Shown piece by piece: positions 1 through 12,145 of a stretch of 64,000 nt of DNA. Source of the stretch: Podarcis vaucheri (taxonomy: Eukaryota); assembly GCA_965113315.1 (NCBI GenBank), contig OZ220366.1, one strand, 5' to 3'. Numbering within the stretch: position 1 is the stretch's first letter; each line of letters opens with the position of its first letter. The notes beneath the pieces are model-generated. The model did no database searches and was not told the DNA's origin. It saw only the letters and a list, made by a program, of their open reading frames with translations. The translations under genes were made by a program, and so were the position numbers.

Positions 1-984
1 CAGGCTGTAATAATACATTTCTTAAAATAGCTTTTTAGCCACTGAATGTTGCTTAATTATCTGAAAAATGCAGCAGAACCTTTCCTGTGCCCCCTTTTCC
101 CCCTTCAGCACACATTCAGCAATTCACCTTCACAGTTATTTATTACACTTCTTACTAAAGTGAAAGTATAATTTATACACAAAGGAAAAAATAATATTCT
201 CAGAACTGTGCTGTATCTAGCAGCCTAGAAATATATGAAGAGGTAGTACACAAAGATGTATTGGCAGAATGGCAAGTTGTTAGAAATAATATTCCAAAGA
301 TAATATGGCAATAGTTGAGGACAACCATAATAGTTGAGGAACACCATAATCCACATTATAGAAAAAGGCTGACATAAGAGGCTTCCCGAACATTAAATAA
401 GTGTGCTTCATTTTTCTTAACAATCTATAGTGTGAATGGCCATTCTTAGATCTCATATGTTCAATAGCAAGACAACATATAATGGTTGAGGAAGTAGTCC
501 TTGCCAATAATCCACATAATATAAACTCCCAAGTATGGATTTCATGGGCTCATTACAGTCCTTCAGTCATTCCACATAATTGAAGGATTTGTCTTAAGGA
601 AAATTGGTAATATGCCACTGGAAGATGGTCTCTGGTCAATAATCTGTATCCTGCTGAAGTTGTTTCCTGAGCAAGAAGGATTGCAAGCATCATATATTAT
701 ACCCTATATATAAATAAGTAACCCACAGTATATATTTTCTAGATAACCTCTCCCAGTTTTCTTTAAAATCTTAAAATGTGTGGTGATTACACTTTATGTG
801 AGATTGTATATTGTGAAGTGAGAAATACATGCTGTGAAGATAATATTTATGAGGGATATTTCAGCATACAAAACGATAAGATGGCCAATCCAAAACATAT
901 TGTGAAAGGAGTAACAACCTTTCTCAGGCCTATTTAGGGGAAAATGTTTGTCATTTCTACATTTATCTTTTTCTAAACAACAAA

Positions 985-1322
985 ATATGATAGCCATCTT
1001 CAAATATCTCAAGGGTTGTCATGTGGAAGAGGGAACAAGTTTGCATTTTCCTGCTCTGGAGGGTAAGTCTCAAACCAATGGCTTCAAGTTACAAGAAAGG
1101 AGATTCTGACTAAACATCAAGAAAAAAACTTTATGACAGTAAGGCTGTTCAACAGTGGAATGGTCCCCCTCAGGCAGTTGTGGACTATCCTTCCTTGAAA
1201 GTCTCTAAGCAGAGCTTGGATGGCCATCTGTCATGGATGCTTTAGTTGAGATTCCTGCATTGAAGGGGGTTGGACTAGATGACCCCTGGGATCCTTTCCA
1301 ACTCTACAATTCTATTACTCTA
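985..1322 (+). mobile_element. CR1 LINE, 5'-truncated 3' end
   Basis: Encodes MIAIFKYLKGCHVEEG (CR1 ORF2 C-terminus), followed by the CR1 3' UTR ggggttggactagatgacc...ccaactctacaattcta. Confidence 0.88.
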
Positions 1323-3118
1323 ACTTACCTTACGCTATATAAATATATAAATGGTTTTAACTTTTGACCTCAAAGCTGTATGTATCTCTGAATAAGACAG
1401 CAAAGTCATGCAGGACAAATAATCTGTTCAGTGCTTTAACGTGTGCATAGTTATGTTGACTTTTTAATAGCCTTCCAAACAGTGTTCTTCCCCAAGACAG
1501 ATATTCAATATTTAGAGTTGCTTTTCCTCCCAAGTGATTCTGACTGTTGCCTTTTTCTTTTACTGTTCCCCTCTTGTATTTCACAGTGCATAAGTGTTAA
1601 TGAGAAGGGGTGTGGGAATATGTGTTTTGTTTACTGGTAAGTACTGTATACCAAACCAAACAATCTAAGCCAATTGCTGCTGCAAGTAGGCCAGCTCCAG
1701 AAGTAACAAAATCAGTAAATAAAGTCAGTAACTTTAGTAAGGAGGGTTATTACCTGGTAGTACAACTAGAGGATCTTACTCCACACGGCATTAGGCTAGT
1801 GAAACAGCCAGCCTTATATCTGCAGCACGGTGCCACTTCTGTAATGGCCAGAGAGGGCACCAAGCAATAGGAATCCTGGAGTCCTAAAGAGCTATTGTTT
1901 TCCCCTCCCCTTTAGGACACTTTCCCTTCTTTTATGTTATTTTCCAGTCCTCAGAATTTTCATAGTTTGTCCTTACCAACCATCTGTCCTGTGGTGGGTT
2001 CATCTGTGATCAGTTTCTCGCAGGTTTTTTTCTGCAAATACTATTACATAGTTAAGTGTGTGTGATTAAAGATTCCCCCCCCCCATGCAAAACTCAGGCA
2101 TAGAAACTTTGCGAAGTGGCTGAGGCATGTCTCCTGCTGTGCAGAAGGTGAAGAGTTGGCATGGGAGGGAAAGCAGGGCTCTTGTTCCTTTAGCAGCTGT
2201 ATAACAGGCTGAAACTCAACAGGTTAATCATTTTCTAGCATAGAAAAGCTTTAACATTACTATACTCTATTTTGTGTTATGCCATTCTCTCATGGCAGCC
2301 ATTTCCATTATGAATAAGATTTGAACAACTGGTAGGTCTTTTTTTCAGATTTCCTAGCATGACTTTAATGGAAATGATCTGTTTCAAACTTTGTATTGTT
2401 AATGGTAGGGCCTTACCACTAGGCATAATAAGCTGACCAAGTGAGCACAGAGATGTGCCATACAATCCATCAGAAACTGACGGTTTGCACGGGTTGGTCT
2501 GCTTGTGTGATACACACGGGTACTACCACTGTTCCACTGCAGTATTTCACACTGAAAGCAGGTGCCAATTGGAATGACCAAAGCAGGCATTGGAGGACTG
2601 AGCTGTGTGTGACATGCAGCTTGTCATATGTCCCTTAAGCTAGCCTATTGCACTCAGATGATGTAGAGGAGGATAACCCCACACCGCTTCTGCATACGGA
2701 ATGGTGAAATGGGGGTAGCAGGCAGCATCTTGTCATTTGCCTCCCTGACCACCTCTAACAGCCAAATGTTGGGGCTAGCCTTGTTAATGGCTGGCTAGCT
2801 GTCAAACTATAATGCATCTCAAGCAGTTCAGCATTTATAGTTTTTACTTCTTAACACTCTTTTTCAGATTTTTGTACTTAATGTTTTGCTAAATATTGTA
2901 TTTCATGTAAGTGAGGTGGTCAACTGACATACGGGGGGGGGGGAGGAAATCTGACAGAGAATAATAGAAATAGTGTAGATGATGTTGTTCAATGTTGTCC
3001 TGCTTGTGAAAACTGGCCATCTGCATTTTTATTTGTAGACTTATTTGGTTGCTATAGTATATTATGCAAATATAAGGTGCAAAAGAGAAAAGTTTAAATC
3101 CTCCCTATAACACCCAAG

Positions 3119-3122
<4 letters not shown>

Positions 3123-3203
<81 letters not shown>
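3123..3203. repeat. Compound microsatellite (TC)n(TG)n
   Basis: Directly visible: about 16 TC units then about 24 TG units with one TA interruption. Confidence 0.97.
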
Positions 3204-3206
<3 letters not shown>

Positions 3207-3554
3207 GAATAATATGTTCCAGATGTGGCCTTGAACGTTCTTGAGATACACAGTAAGAGGTGCATCCAAATAACAGAATTATGATAATAAAATTTGATTA
3301 TAATGGAGAAAATAAGCAGAATAATACTCAAAACTCAATTACCCTGGTCATTTTAACTGGGAGCTGCTGACTTCTGTTCCCCTAAGCCCATCGAAAATGA
3401 ATTTAACATAGTAAGCTCCACTTATCAGTTGACTATAGTGGTTTCTATGTTTCCTTTCCAAGTATTTTCCTTTCTTAAAAGCACACTGCTCTTTATATTA
3501 TTTTGTTCCTTATCAAAATGAACTGAAACTTTAGCTGAATATTATGCAAACCTG

Positions 3555-3595
3555 GGCCCTGTTATCTTACCTAAAAAAGATCATAGGGCAGCCAG
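3555..3595 (-). promoter_or_regulatory. Candidate recursive splice site (3'ss immediately followed by 5'ss; junction 3571|3570)
   Basis: Minus strand ctggctgccctatgatcttttttAG|GTAAGAtaac; motif evidence only. Confidence 0.4.
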
Positions 3596-6500
3596 ATCAA
3601 CTGAAGGTGAGGTACATGTGTCAAGCTATTGATGACTTCACATTTTAGTATTTGCTCTTATTTTACATATATGAACACATACAAGCACAAGCCTATCCAT
3701 ATGGGTTTACTCAGCAGCAGGCTCTGGATAGTGTCAGAGGATTTCAGGTACATGTTTTTTTTTCAAGCAAGTTACATTTGTTTTCTTTTTATTTTTTTCA
3801 TCCTTTTCTTTTTATTTCATTACATCCACAAGACAAGGTGGGGGAAAACTAAAAGGTTCAGTCACTTACATTCCTTTAAGCCAGAGACAGACAAAATTAT
3901 ATAGAATGGCAAGTTATCTTCTCCTTCCTCTTCTGTTTTATTCTTAAGAATTTTCTTTTGTTCTCAATGCAAATGGTCATTGGTTCATCTTTTCTCACCC
4001 AGGACAGTTATGTCACATCACTTGACTAATATGCATGCATTTGCCACTAAAAGACATTTTAACTGAGAGCTGTCACATCCGTCATCTCCACTCGGGCTGG
4101 TTAAAATTTTTATCTGCCGTCTTGAATTAATTTCAACTCGCCTGAGCGCAGCAGGGGACTTTAGAGTGGTTTAGTTAAATTCTTTATTTTAGAAGAGCAT
4201 TATAGTAAGTCTTCCTATTTACATTTTTTTCCATCTTACTGCCTTTAATTTTTGCACATTATTGAAACAATGAGGTAATTATACATCCAGTGCAGTGGGA
4301 AAAATGGAAGGGAGTGAGAAAGCCTCAATTTTGACATTTTATCCAAGATGCATGCTTTCCTTTCCTTCTTCCTTGCTTAATATGCTTCCCAGCTAGTTTG
4401 CAAATCAGCTCTGCCCCTGGTTAAACGTATCAGACTAATAAAAAATACAGAAAATGTAAACTGAGAATTAGAAAGGGCACTGGCAGTCAAAATAGAGAGG
4501 TCAGGAAGGGGGAAGAAGAAAATCAAATGAAAACCAGTCACCAACATGTTTTGTATAGATTGCCTTTGCAACACTACTGAGTGTAAACAAGCCTGTAATC
4601 TTTATAATACTTTTTATAGTGCTTTTTATGTAGTATGTGCATGTTTGTGTAGTATATACACCAGAATATAATATAGTTTGGATATTATAGGTTAACAAGA
4701 AAGATCAAGCTATGCATTGGATGGCAGGGATGTTTAGAATGACTGATGACTGGTTAAAAAAATATAAATATTCTGGAAAGGTACATAAGCTAGCACTAAC
4801 CTGTGGGAATATATGCACACTCAGTGACTGCTATTGGACTCTTGATAAAATCATTGTTTTACAGCTGGAAGGTGGTGTAAACATCTCTGTGTATTCTCAG
4901 CACGTTGATATCCTCAGCAACTGCAGAGAAGCTAATCCCCAAAGGCACTTTAGCTAATCTATACTAAATACTACTATCTGCACAAAAGGTTTGCAAGACA
5001 TGTACGGTACACTTGTGTTTCAAACATCTGATATATGCATTTTGCTTCCAGGGTCCTAAAAAAGTAAATAAACAGGTGCAAGGTTTTGGTGTAACCCCAT
5101 AACTGAAATGATAAAAGCATGATTCTGACAATAGATTAAACATATATTGCAATACCATGTCCAGATAAAGTTAATTATAAGACATAATATTTGCCTCTTT
5201 GGACATTTATTTTTGCAGTAGAATGTAAGTAGAATGTGAGATAATGTGAGATATGGCATGATGTAAGAAAGCAAGAAAATGAAATAATGTTTATAAAACT
5301 TAAAACATAATCAGTCCAGACATCTGAAATGCTTAAAGGTATTTTATATCCTCATCTCAATAATTAAGTATGTTGCTGACAGAAAATTAGTCATACAATA
5401 ATCTGTGAATGCATTTTTTCTGTCTATGCTTGTAACTCCAAAAAGTTCAAGATTATTCATTTGTTCAAAACTATTCATTTGTTCAACTTGTGTGGGGTAG
5501 GAAAATGCTGACAGCTGTGCAAGAATCTGCTTCTCTCCATTTCTAACATCTTCAGCATCAATAACGACTTTTTAAAAATCATAGAGCAGATCAAGCTATT
5601 TACAGTACAGCATAGTGTCAATCTACATATTAGGCAAAATCTGTAGCTTGGAAGAATACCAAGGGTTTTTCTTTCTCTAAGTACAGGCATGCAAGGGTGT
5701 TTACCCTTCCCTCCCTAACCACAATTCTAATTAATATTCCCACACACTGCAATTATCTTTGAGTAGGGTGAACATTCCATTGTTGGCTACATGATCCTCC
5801 TTTACATGTTCTCATCCCACCTCATTTCAGCTTCAACAGTGTTGTAACAACAGAATTGACCATTATGTTTGAAAGAAGGAACTCTGGATGAATGTCAGTT
5901 TACTAGCCAACATTTTAAACCAAGATCAGCCCATGGTTTAATATTCTGGTTAGTAAACTGACATTGCCAGAGCTTTCTGTTTGGGTGCAATTGGAAAACA
6001 TAGAATGCAGCCACAAAGCTGGCATGTGATGAGAGGTGGGGAGGGCTGAGGCAGAAACATGTGGTCCCAACACTTACTCGCAGCTTGAAAGAAGCCAATG
6101 TGTTTGTAACTACTGACTTGTCTTTTAAAATGTATTTTCAGTCCTGTAGTTTTTAACTCTTCTATTAATCTTGTAGTGCTTATAGAAGGCATTTTAAACT
6201 CATAGTGGTTTATGTGATGTTTAGATTTAAATGCATATTCTCTCATTAAGTTTTCCCTTTTATTATTACATTACCCTTATATTATTTATATATCACTGCA
6301 GTCTCTAAGCAATGCACAATAAGGTTAGAAAAAGTTACAATAGAGATTAAATCAGTTAAAGTTAAAGTTTTTATAACTCGGTTATAAAGTTCGGTATGTG
6401 ATAGTTTAAAAACTTGTTCTCAAGCCTGCCTTTCCATTCTCCCTCCTGTTCCACTTTAATAGAAACCTCTCCTGTGTGCTTTCCTTCCCTAATGTGTGGT

Positions 6501-9500
6501 AATGTTGTCTCAACTTTAAGGACGCTCAAATAATGATGTAGCTCTAAGGTCCGCTAGCTTGTATCCATGAGGAAACTTTCGCATATAAAAATATCCACAA
6601 GGTCAAAACAAAACACTACACTCATTTTTGTGTTAAAGCTGCCCCAAGTGGGATTAAAATACAATTTATAGATCAATCAGATTGGATTTGTTCCCCTATC
6701 CTCTTCTCATGCTGATTCACACTTTACTCAATCATAGAACAATGGTGACTCAGCATGTTAAGTGCTTAGAAATCCAATCTGAAGTTATGGGATCTTCTAA
6801 GAAGAAAGTTTTATATGTAAGCAAGGAAGAGTTAACACATTCTTTTTTAAAGCACATACACTTCATTTATTAACTAATACACCATGATTAACAGTCACAT
6901 CTTTTCCCATTTTAAAGTACACTTAAGGGCTCTACAAAGATCTCCCTTGCCTCTTCAGTCTATTCTTCCTCCTCTTTATGGGGTAATGAGGAGCTGACAG
7001 TGATTTCTCTGCCTTCTTCCTACCCCATGCCTAGCTCTTTGGATTCAAACATGCACAGCTCATGCATAAGCAAACAGGTGCAAAGGACAGGAGTTTGCCA
7101 AACCCTGAGCAAGCATGAGGTACACATGTATCTTGCTGATTGTGGCATGCCACTGATAGAAGACGACAAGGCCAGACAATAGGTGGGGTCAGTAGGTGGC
7201 TCTTTGATTTTTCTGGCTCTCGATACTGCAGCCGCATGGGAGTTTACAGATTGGGGGAGGGATTGCTGTCCATTCCACCCTGGAACATTAAAGCACTGGG
7301 ATAGACAGCTCATGATGCAACTGAGTCTGTTTCTCTTACTAATAACTTACACAGAAAATTACATGCAACCATTTATTTACCCCTACTTCTTCTGTTCCTT
7401 TGAAAATAAGGAGATGATTAGTCTACCCAGATGAAGTTCATAATAATATACACAAGTGTTTGCATGATGCATCTTCTCAATTTTAAAACCTCTGTTGTAG
7501 AATAATGAGATGCTTTAATAATAATAAAATATACTTAAATGAACAGCACATAATATTCTTCCATCCATGAAGAAAGGGTATATGATCACATTTCCTCTGC
7601 ATACTTTCCCCCCATTGCAGTCATAAAATTATAAAATCCAAACACATGCGATAAAAATGCAAGTTTACAGCAAACGCTTTATAAAGCGCTGGCAGTCGAG
7701 CTACACAGGCAGCCCAGTGGCTAGCACTGAATTCATTTCAGTTTGTATGTGCAACACAAAAATTAGTCAAGTGGGGAAAAAATTGGTTTCTCTGAAAAAA
7801 TGATCAGTGTCTTTTGGAGAAGTACCTTCTTGAGATTCTTAGATTCTGATTATCCATAAATTAAAAACTAGCCCCAATATTTCCATGACAGCAGGCTGCT
7901 GATTCACCTGCAGAAACCCAAGAGTTTTCTCATACCCATTGTGCTTTCTGTCACAATACAATTCTTTCTAGATAGATAATCGTTATGTTAAGCAACAATT
8001 GTTAAAGAATTTCTATATGCTCATTTTAAAATGTCCAGGCACATGGTATGAGGGTACATGATGTATTGTAACCAACTAGTTGCAGCTAAGATCTGGTCAG
8101 TGCCTGGACAGAATACTCTCTGGGAACCCCATGTATGTTTGATGATGTAAGAAAAGTGGAACATAGATGTACTAACTAACTAAATGAATAAAATTAGTAG
8201 TACTTGCCTTTCCTGCCCCATCTGCATTTAGCAAACAGCAGGCAACCAGGATTTTGTCTAACCAGGTGTTATATGGATCCTATATAAAAGGGGTGGGGTA
8301 AGGAACATCACTCACTCCATCCTTAGGCAAACAGGGTTATGCTGCTATTATTGATGTTTGACCCCAGCGTTTCACCAAATAACTTTTAGTCTGTAGAACA
8401 GACACATTTAGAGATAAGCAGAAAATGTGGAATACAATGTATGTGTGATGTCCTCCACTCATGAACTTGAGAATGATCAGGTCACAGGCACATTTCCTGA
8501 GCAAGTCTCTTTGTAGCAATTGGCATGTATAAAACAGCCAGGGATATTTTTTTAAACCAACGTTATTTAACCAAAGTTACTGTCTTGGTGTGTTTTTAGT
8601 TTTCACAAATAGTCAATTAGGGCTCATTTTGCTTATGCAAATTGACATAGGGCATAAATAAATATTGTATACCTTCTCACAAATACTGAAAAAACTGTAG
8701 ATATTATTTTAAAATAGAGCAACTCAGTTCTACCATTTTGTTCTCAAGATGAGAAATTTATTGTTATAATGAAACATAAAGGGCTAATTTCAAATCTACA
8801 GAAAAGTAGAAATCTATGTCAGCAATTTGCTTAACTACTACCTGAACCACATACTGATCCATAAATATTCATAACATTTGCTTTTTAATTATGCTTTTGT
8901 TAAGCTATAAATATTTATTTGAATCTCTCATGCTAAAAGAGGTAGAAGGGGGAAAGTTTACAAGAAGGTATGGCTTACTCAAATGATACTCAAAAAAATG
9001 ATTCCTTTTTCCTTTGATCTTCTCAGATTTGCCACATCAGAGCTAGCATGTCTAGCACTACCAGGAAAAAGCTTTTAACTCTGATATTTTTGTCACCCAA
9101 GAAAGAGCACTGCTGGGAACTACAACCTTTTAATTGTCATATATGGTATTTAGAGTCTAGATAATGGTCCCAATTCTCATTTACCCTAAACACTTTTACT
9201 CTGCTCCAGTGGTACTTGGAAAACTTAAATGGAGTACAAATTACACATAAGTCCATTTAAAGCTATTTAATGATGCCAGAATAATGTTAACAGGTCTAAG
9301 TATAAATGAGAGTCAGATATTATAGATGTCTGTCTACTAAGATATAAGGACTGTTTTGCCAGCCCTAACAATGCAATTTGACATGGCTTTACTTTTTCTT
9401 ATCAATTGCAACTGTTGCTCACTTTTCTTGTGAGAATAAGGAAATACCAAATTAAGGTGGGGCTGTGAAGTAAGAGAGTGGGTAAGACACTTTATGCTTT

Positions 9501-10723
9501 TTAACTTCAGAATACTTAGCTAAATTTACAATTAAAATTACTGCATTACAAATCATTTTGTATTTTGGATAGAACTTCCACCTGTTACCTGATGCCATTA
9601 ACCTTTTTAAGGTGACAACACCCACCCTTACCCATTCTCATTTACTTTTTAGAATAAGCAGAAATGGATTCCGAGAACCTTGAGATAACTAATGTTTCAG
9701 ATCAGGAATGCCTTAAGATAAACATCTTTCTCATTTGCAGCCACACAAATGACAGCAAACAGGTTTTCCCTGTCATCACTGGGATGTTTATATTGTGTTC
9801 ATGATATGTGAAGTAAATATACAAATGTCCTAGAAAGAATCATCTGGGTGAACATGCTGCTAATTTAGTATGTGACCATTGGTGCCCTGTGAGAGGACAT
9901 TAACTTCACAGTTTCCCAGTGCTAGCAATCAGTAGTAATGCATAAAGAGGGAAAATGTGGCATGGTTGGCACCACTTGTACAGTAGATTTTACCCCAGGA
10001 TGCAATGGAAATGAACAATCATTCAGCAAGCCTGTTTGGCTGGCCTCTAATTTATCATGGCTTACATCTCTTGCCTGCCAGCAGAGCCGAATTCATATGT
10101 TATTGTCCCAAACCTGTCACTTTCTGGACTGCTTTTTAATCTTCCACCCAGAATTACATTCAGAAAGGTCACTGCTATCCAATTAGAACCTTATCAAAGA
10201 TGCACATGCAGCCTGGATTCCCGCTTATCGAGAATGGGTCATAAATCCAGAAATTGCACATCACAAAGTACCATTACCATAATGAATAACTGAAGGGGGG
10301 GGGAGTAAAAAACAACAACTGTATTTGCCAAGCAAGCCATTGATTCCTTCTTCTGTGTTGTTCATAGCAGGTATATGATAGAAACAGGTTCTTAAGAAGA
10401 GAAAAATATATAGGAATAGAAGATAATCAAGGACACTTAAACAAGTTAATTCATTTCTTATTTAGATAAAATAGTTCCAGCAGTGTTCTGGTAAAACGCC
10501 GTATTTTATTCCTCGAAACAAAAGATTTATTATTTCAACAATAAAGTAAAGTGAATGCCTATATAAAAAAGTCAAAAAAAGTAATTCATATTCAGGTCTA
10601 TGTGAACAGCTATGATGTGAGTACTAGCAAATTCATTAACTGTATGCTTTAAATTCTGAATACCATAATTCACCACATAATTGTCGCCACTGCACAATAG
10701 TCTCACCTTGTTTTTCCACTCAA

Positions 10724-11645
10724 AAAATTGAAAGATTGGGCAAGAGATTTAGGACATAATATAATGTTTGAGGACTGGGAAAGACTGTGGAAGAAAGGGG
10801 TTAAGTTCACCGCATGTACTTTGTTAAAGGAAAATATTATGAAGATGATGTATAGATGGTATTTGACTCCTGTAAAATTAGCAAAGATGTATCATAATTG
10901 TGATAATACATGTTGGAAATGTAAAGAAAAGGAAGGAACATTCTTTCATATGTGGTGCACCTGCCCCAAGGTGAAAGACTTCTGGGAAAAGATTTATAAT
11001 GAATTGAAAAAAAATGTTGAAATCTACATTTATAAAGAAACCAGAGGCCTTTCTTATTGGAATAATAGGTTCGGAATTGCCCAAGAAAGATGTTAATCTA
11101 TTTTTGTATGCCACAACTGCGGCTCATATTTTGTTAGCTAAAAAGTGGAAAACTCAAGAATTACCAACAGTAGAAGAATGGCAGATGAAGATGGATTTTA
11201 TGGAGCTAGCCGATCTAACCGGAAGAGTCCGCGACCAGAAGGAGGAGGAACACCACGAAGAATGGAAGAAATTTAATGATTATTTAGCTAAATTTGTTAA
11301 GCTAAAATAACTGGAAATAGCTTCCAGATACTTAATGGGCTTAGGATTGTATTTATGTTAAATGATAAAATAATATGTTGAATACAAGAAAAAGATTTAA
11401 AGATGTTAATGTTTAATTTAAAGGGTATCAAAATTGGGATTTGGAAAACTGTTATAAGGATATGCAATGAAATCCAACTAAGGGGAAACGAGGAATTCGT
11501 TTTACAAAGTAAATAACTGTTATTTTCAATAAGGTTATGATTTATGTTTGTTATGTTTTGTTTGTTTTGTGTTTGTGTTTGTCGTTGATATTGTAAAAAC
11601 TAATAATATTTTTACAAAAAAACCCACACACAAAATTGGAAGATT
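10724..11645 (+). mobile_element. L1-clade LINE, 5'-truncated (ORF2 C-terminal CCHC region, 3' UTR, A-rich tail)
   Basis: ORFs 10728-11096 and 11014-11310 give KMMYRWYLTP...CWKCKEKEGTFFHMWCTC...LAKKWK, with one frameshift in the A-run at 11007-11014. Approximate TSD aaaattgaaagatt (10724-10737) / aaaattggaagatt (11632-11645). Confidence 0.92.
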
Positions 11646-11656
11646 ACCTTTCATCA

Positions 11657-12145
11657 TGTAATCATCACATGGCAACTTCTGAGACTCTGCCAGGCCTCAG
11701 GCCCCTTCCTTGCCTTCTCCAGACTCCTTTCTAAAAGATAAACGTAAGGGATCCAAGACCCCTTGCACCTTGCCAACTCTGCCATGAGTTTCCAGGTCAC
11801 CCTGGCTGCTTCCTGGAGGCGCTGCATGGGGGCCCAGTGCAGCCGCCTCTCCTAGAACCAAGCGAGATAGGGGTTGGCATGGGGGGCTCCTGAAGCGGTG
11901 AGGGCCAAAGTCCAGGCCCTCACTGGCTTGCCAGTCCCAAGTGGAAATACCGTAGCTGTAGGGCACAAGGCAAAGCGAAACCTGGCCCAGGTTAATGCTG
12001 CTGCTGTTGCCGCCGCCTTAGGCTCACACCCCAAGATATCCCAACAGGTAAGCGATTATGTCTGTCAACCGTACACAACCCCTTCCTCCACCCCTGTAAT
12101 TCACCACATAATGGTCACACACCCCTTTTCGGGGTAGGGATTACA
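11657..12145. mobile_element. Possible solo LTR (GC-rich insertion with TG...CA inverted termini)
   Basis: Starts TGTAATC and ends GATTACA (7-bp inverted termini); 489 bp; sharply higher GC than its flanks; no clean TSD. Confidence 0.5.

Noticed and set aside
7895-7925. Second AG|GT juxtaposition on the minus strand (tttctgcag|gtgaat)
   Set aside because: Weaker donor and interrupted pyrimidine tract; expected by chance in 40 kb.
11697-12137. Three overlapping ORFs in the GC-rich insertion
   Set aside because: No recognisable gag, pol or cellular motifs; explained by GC content.
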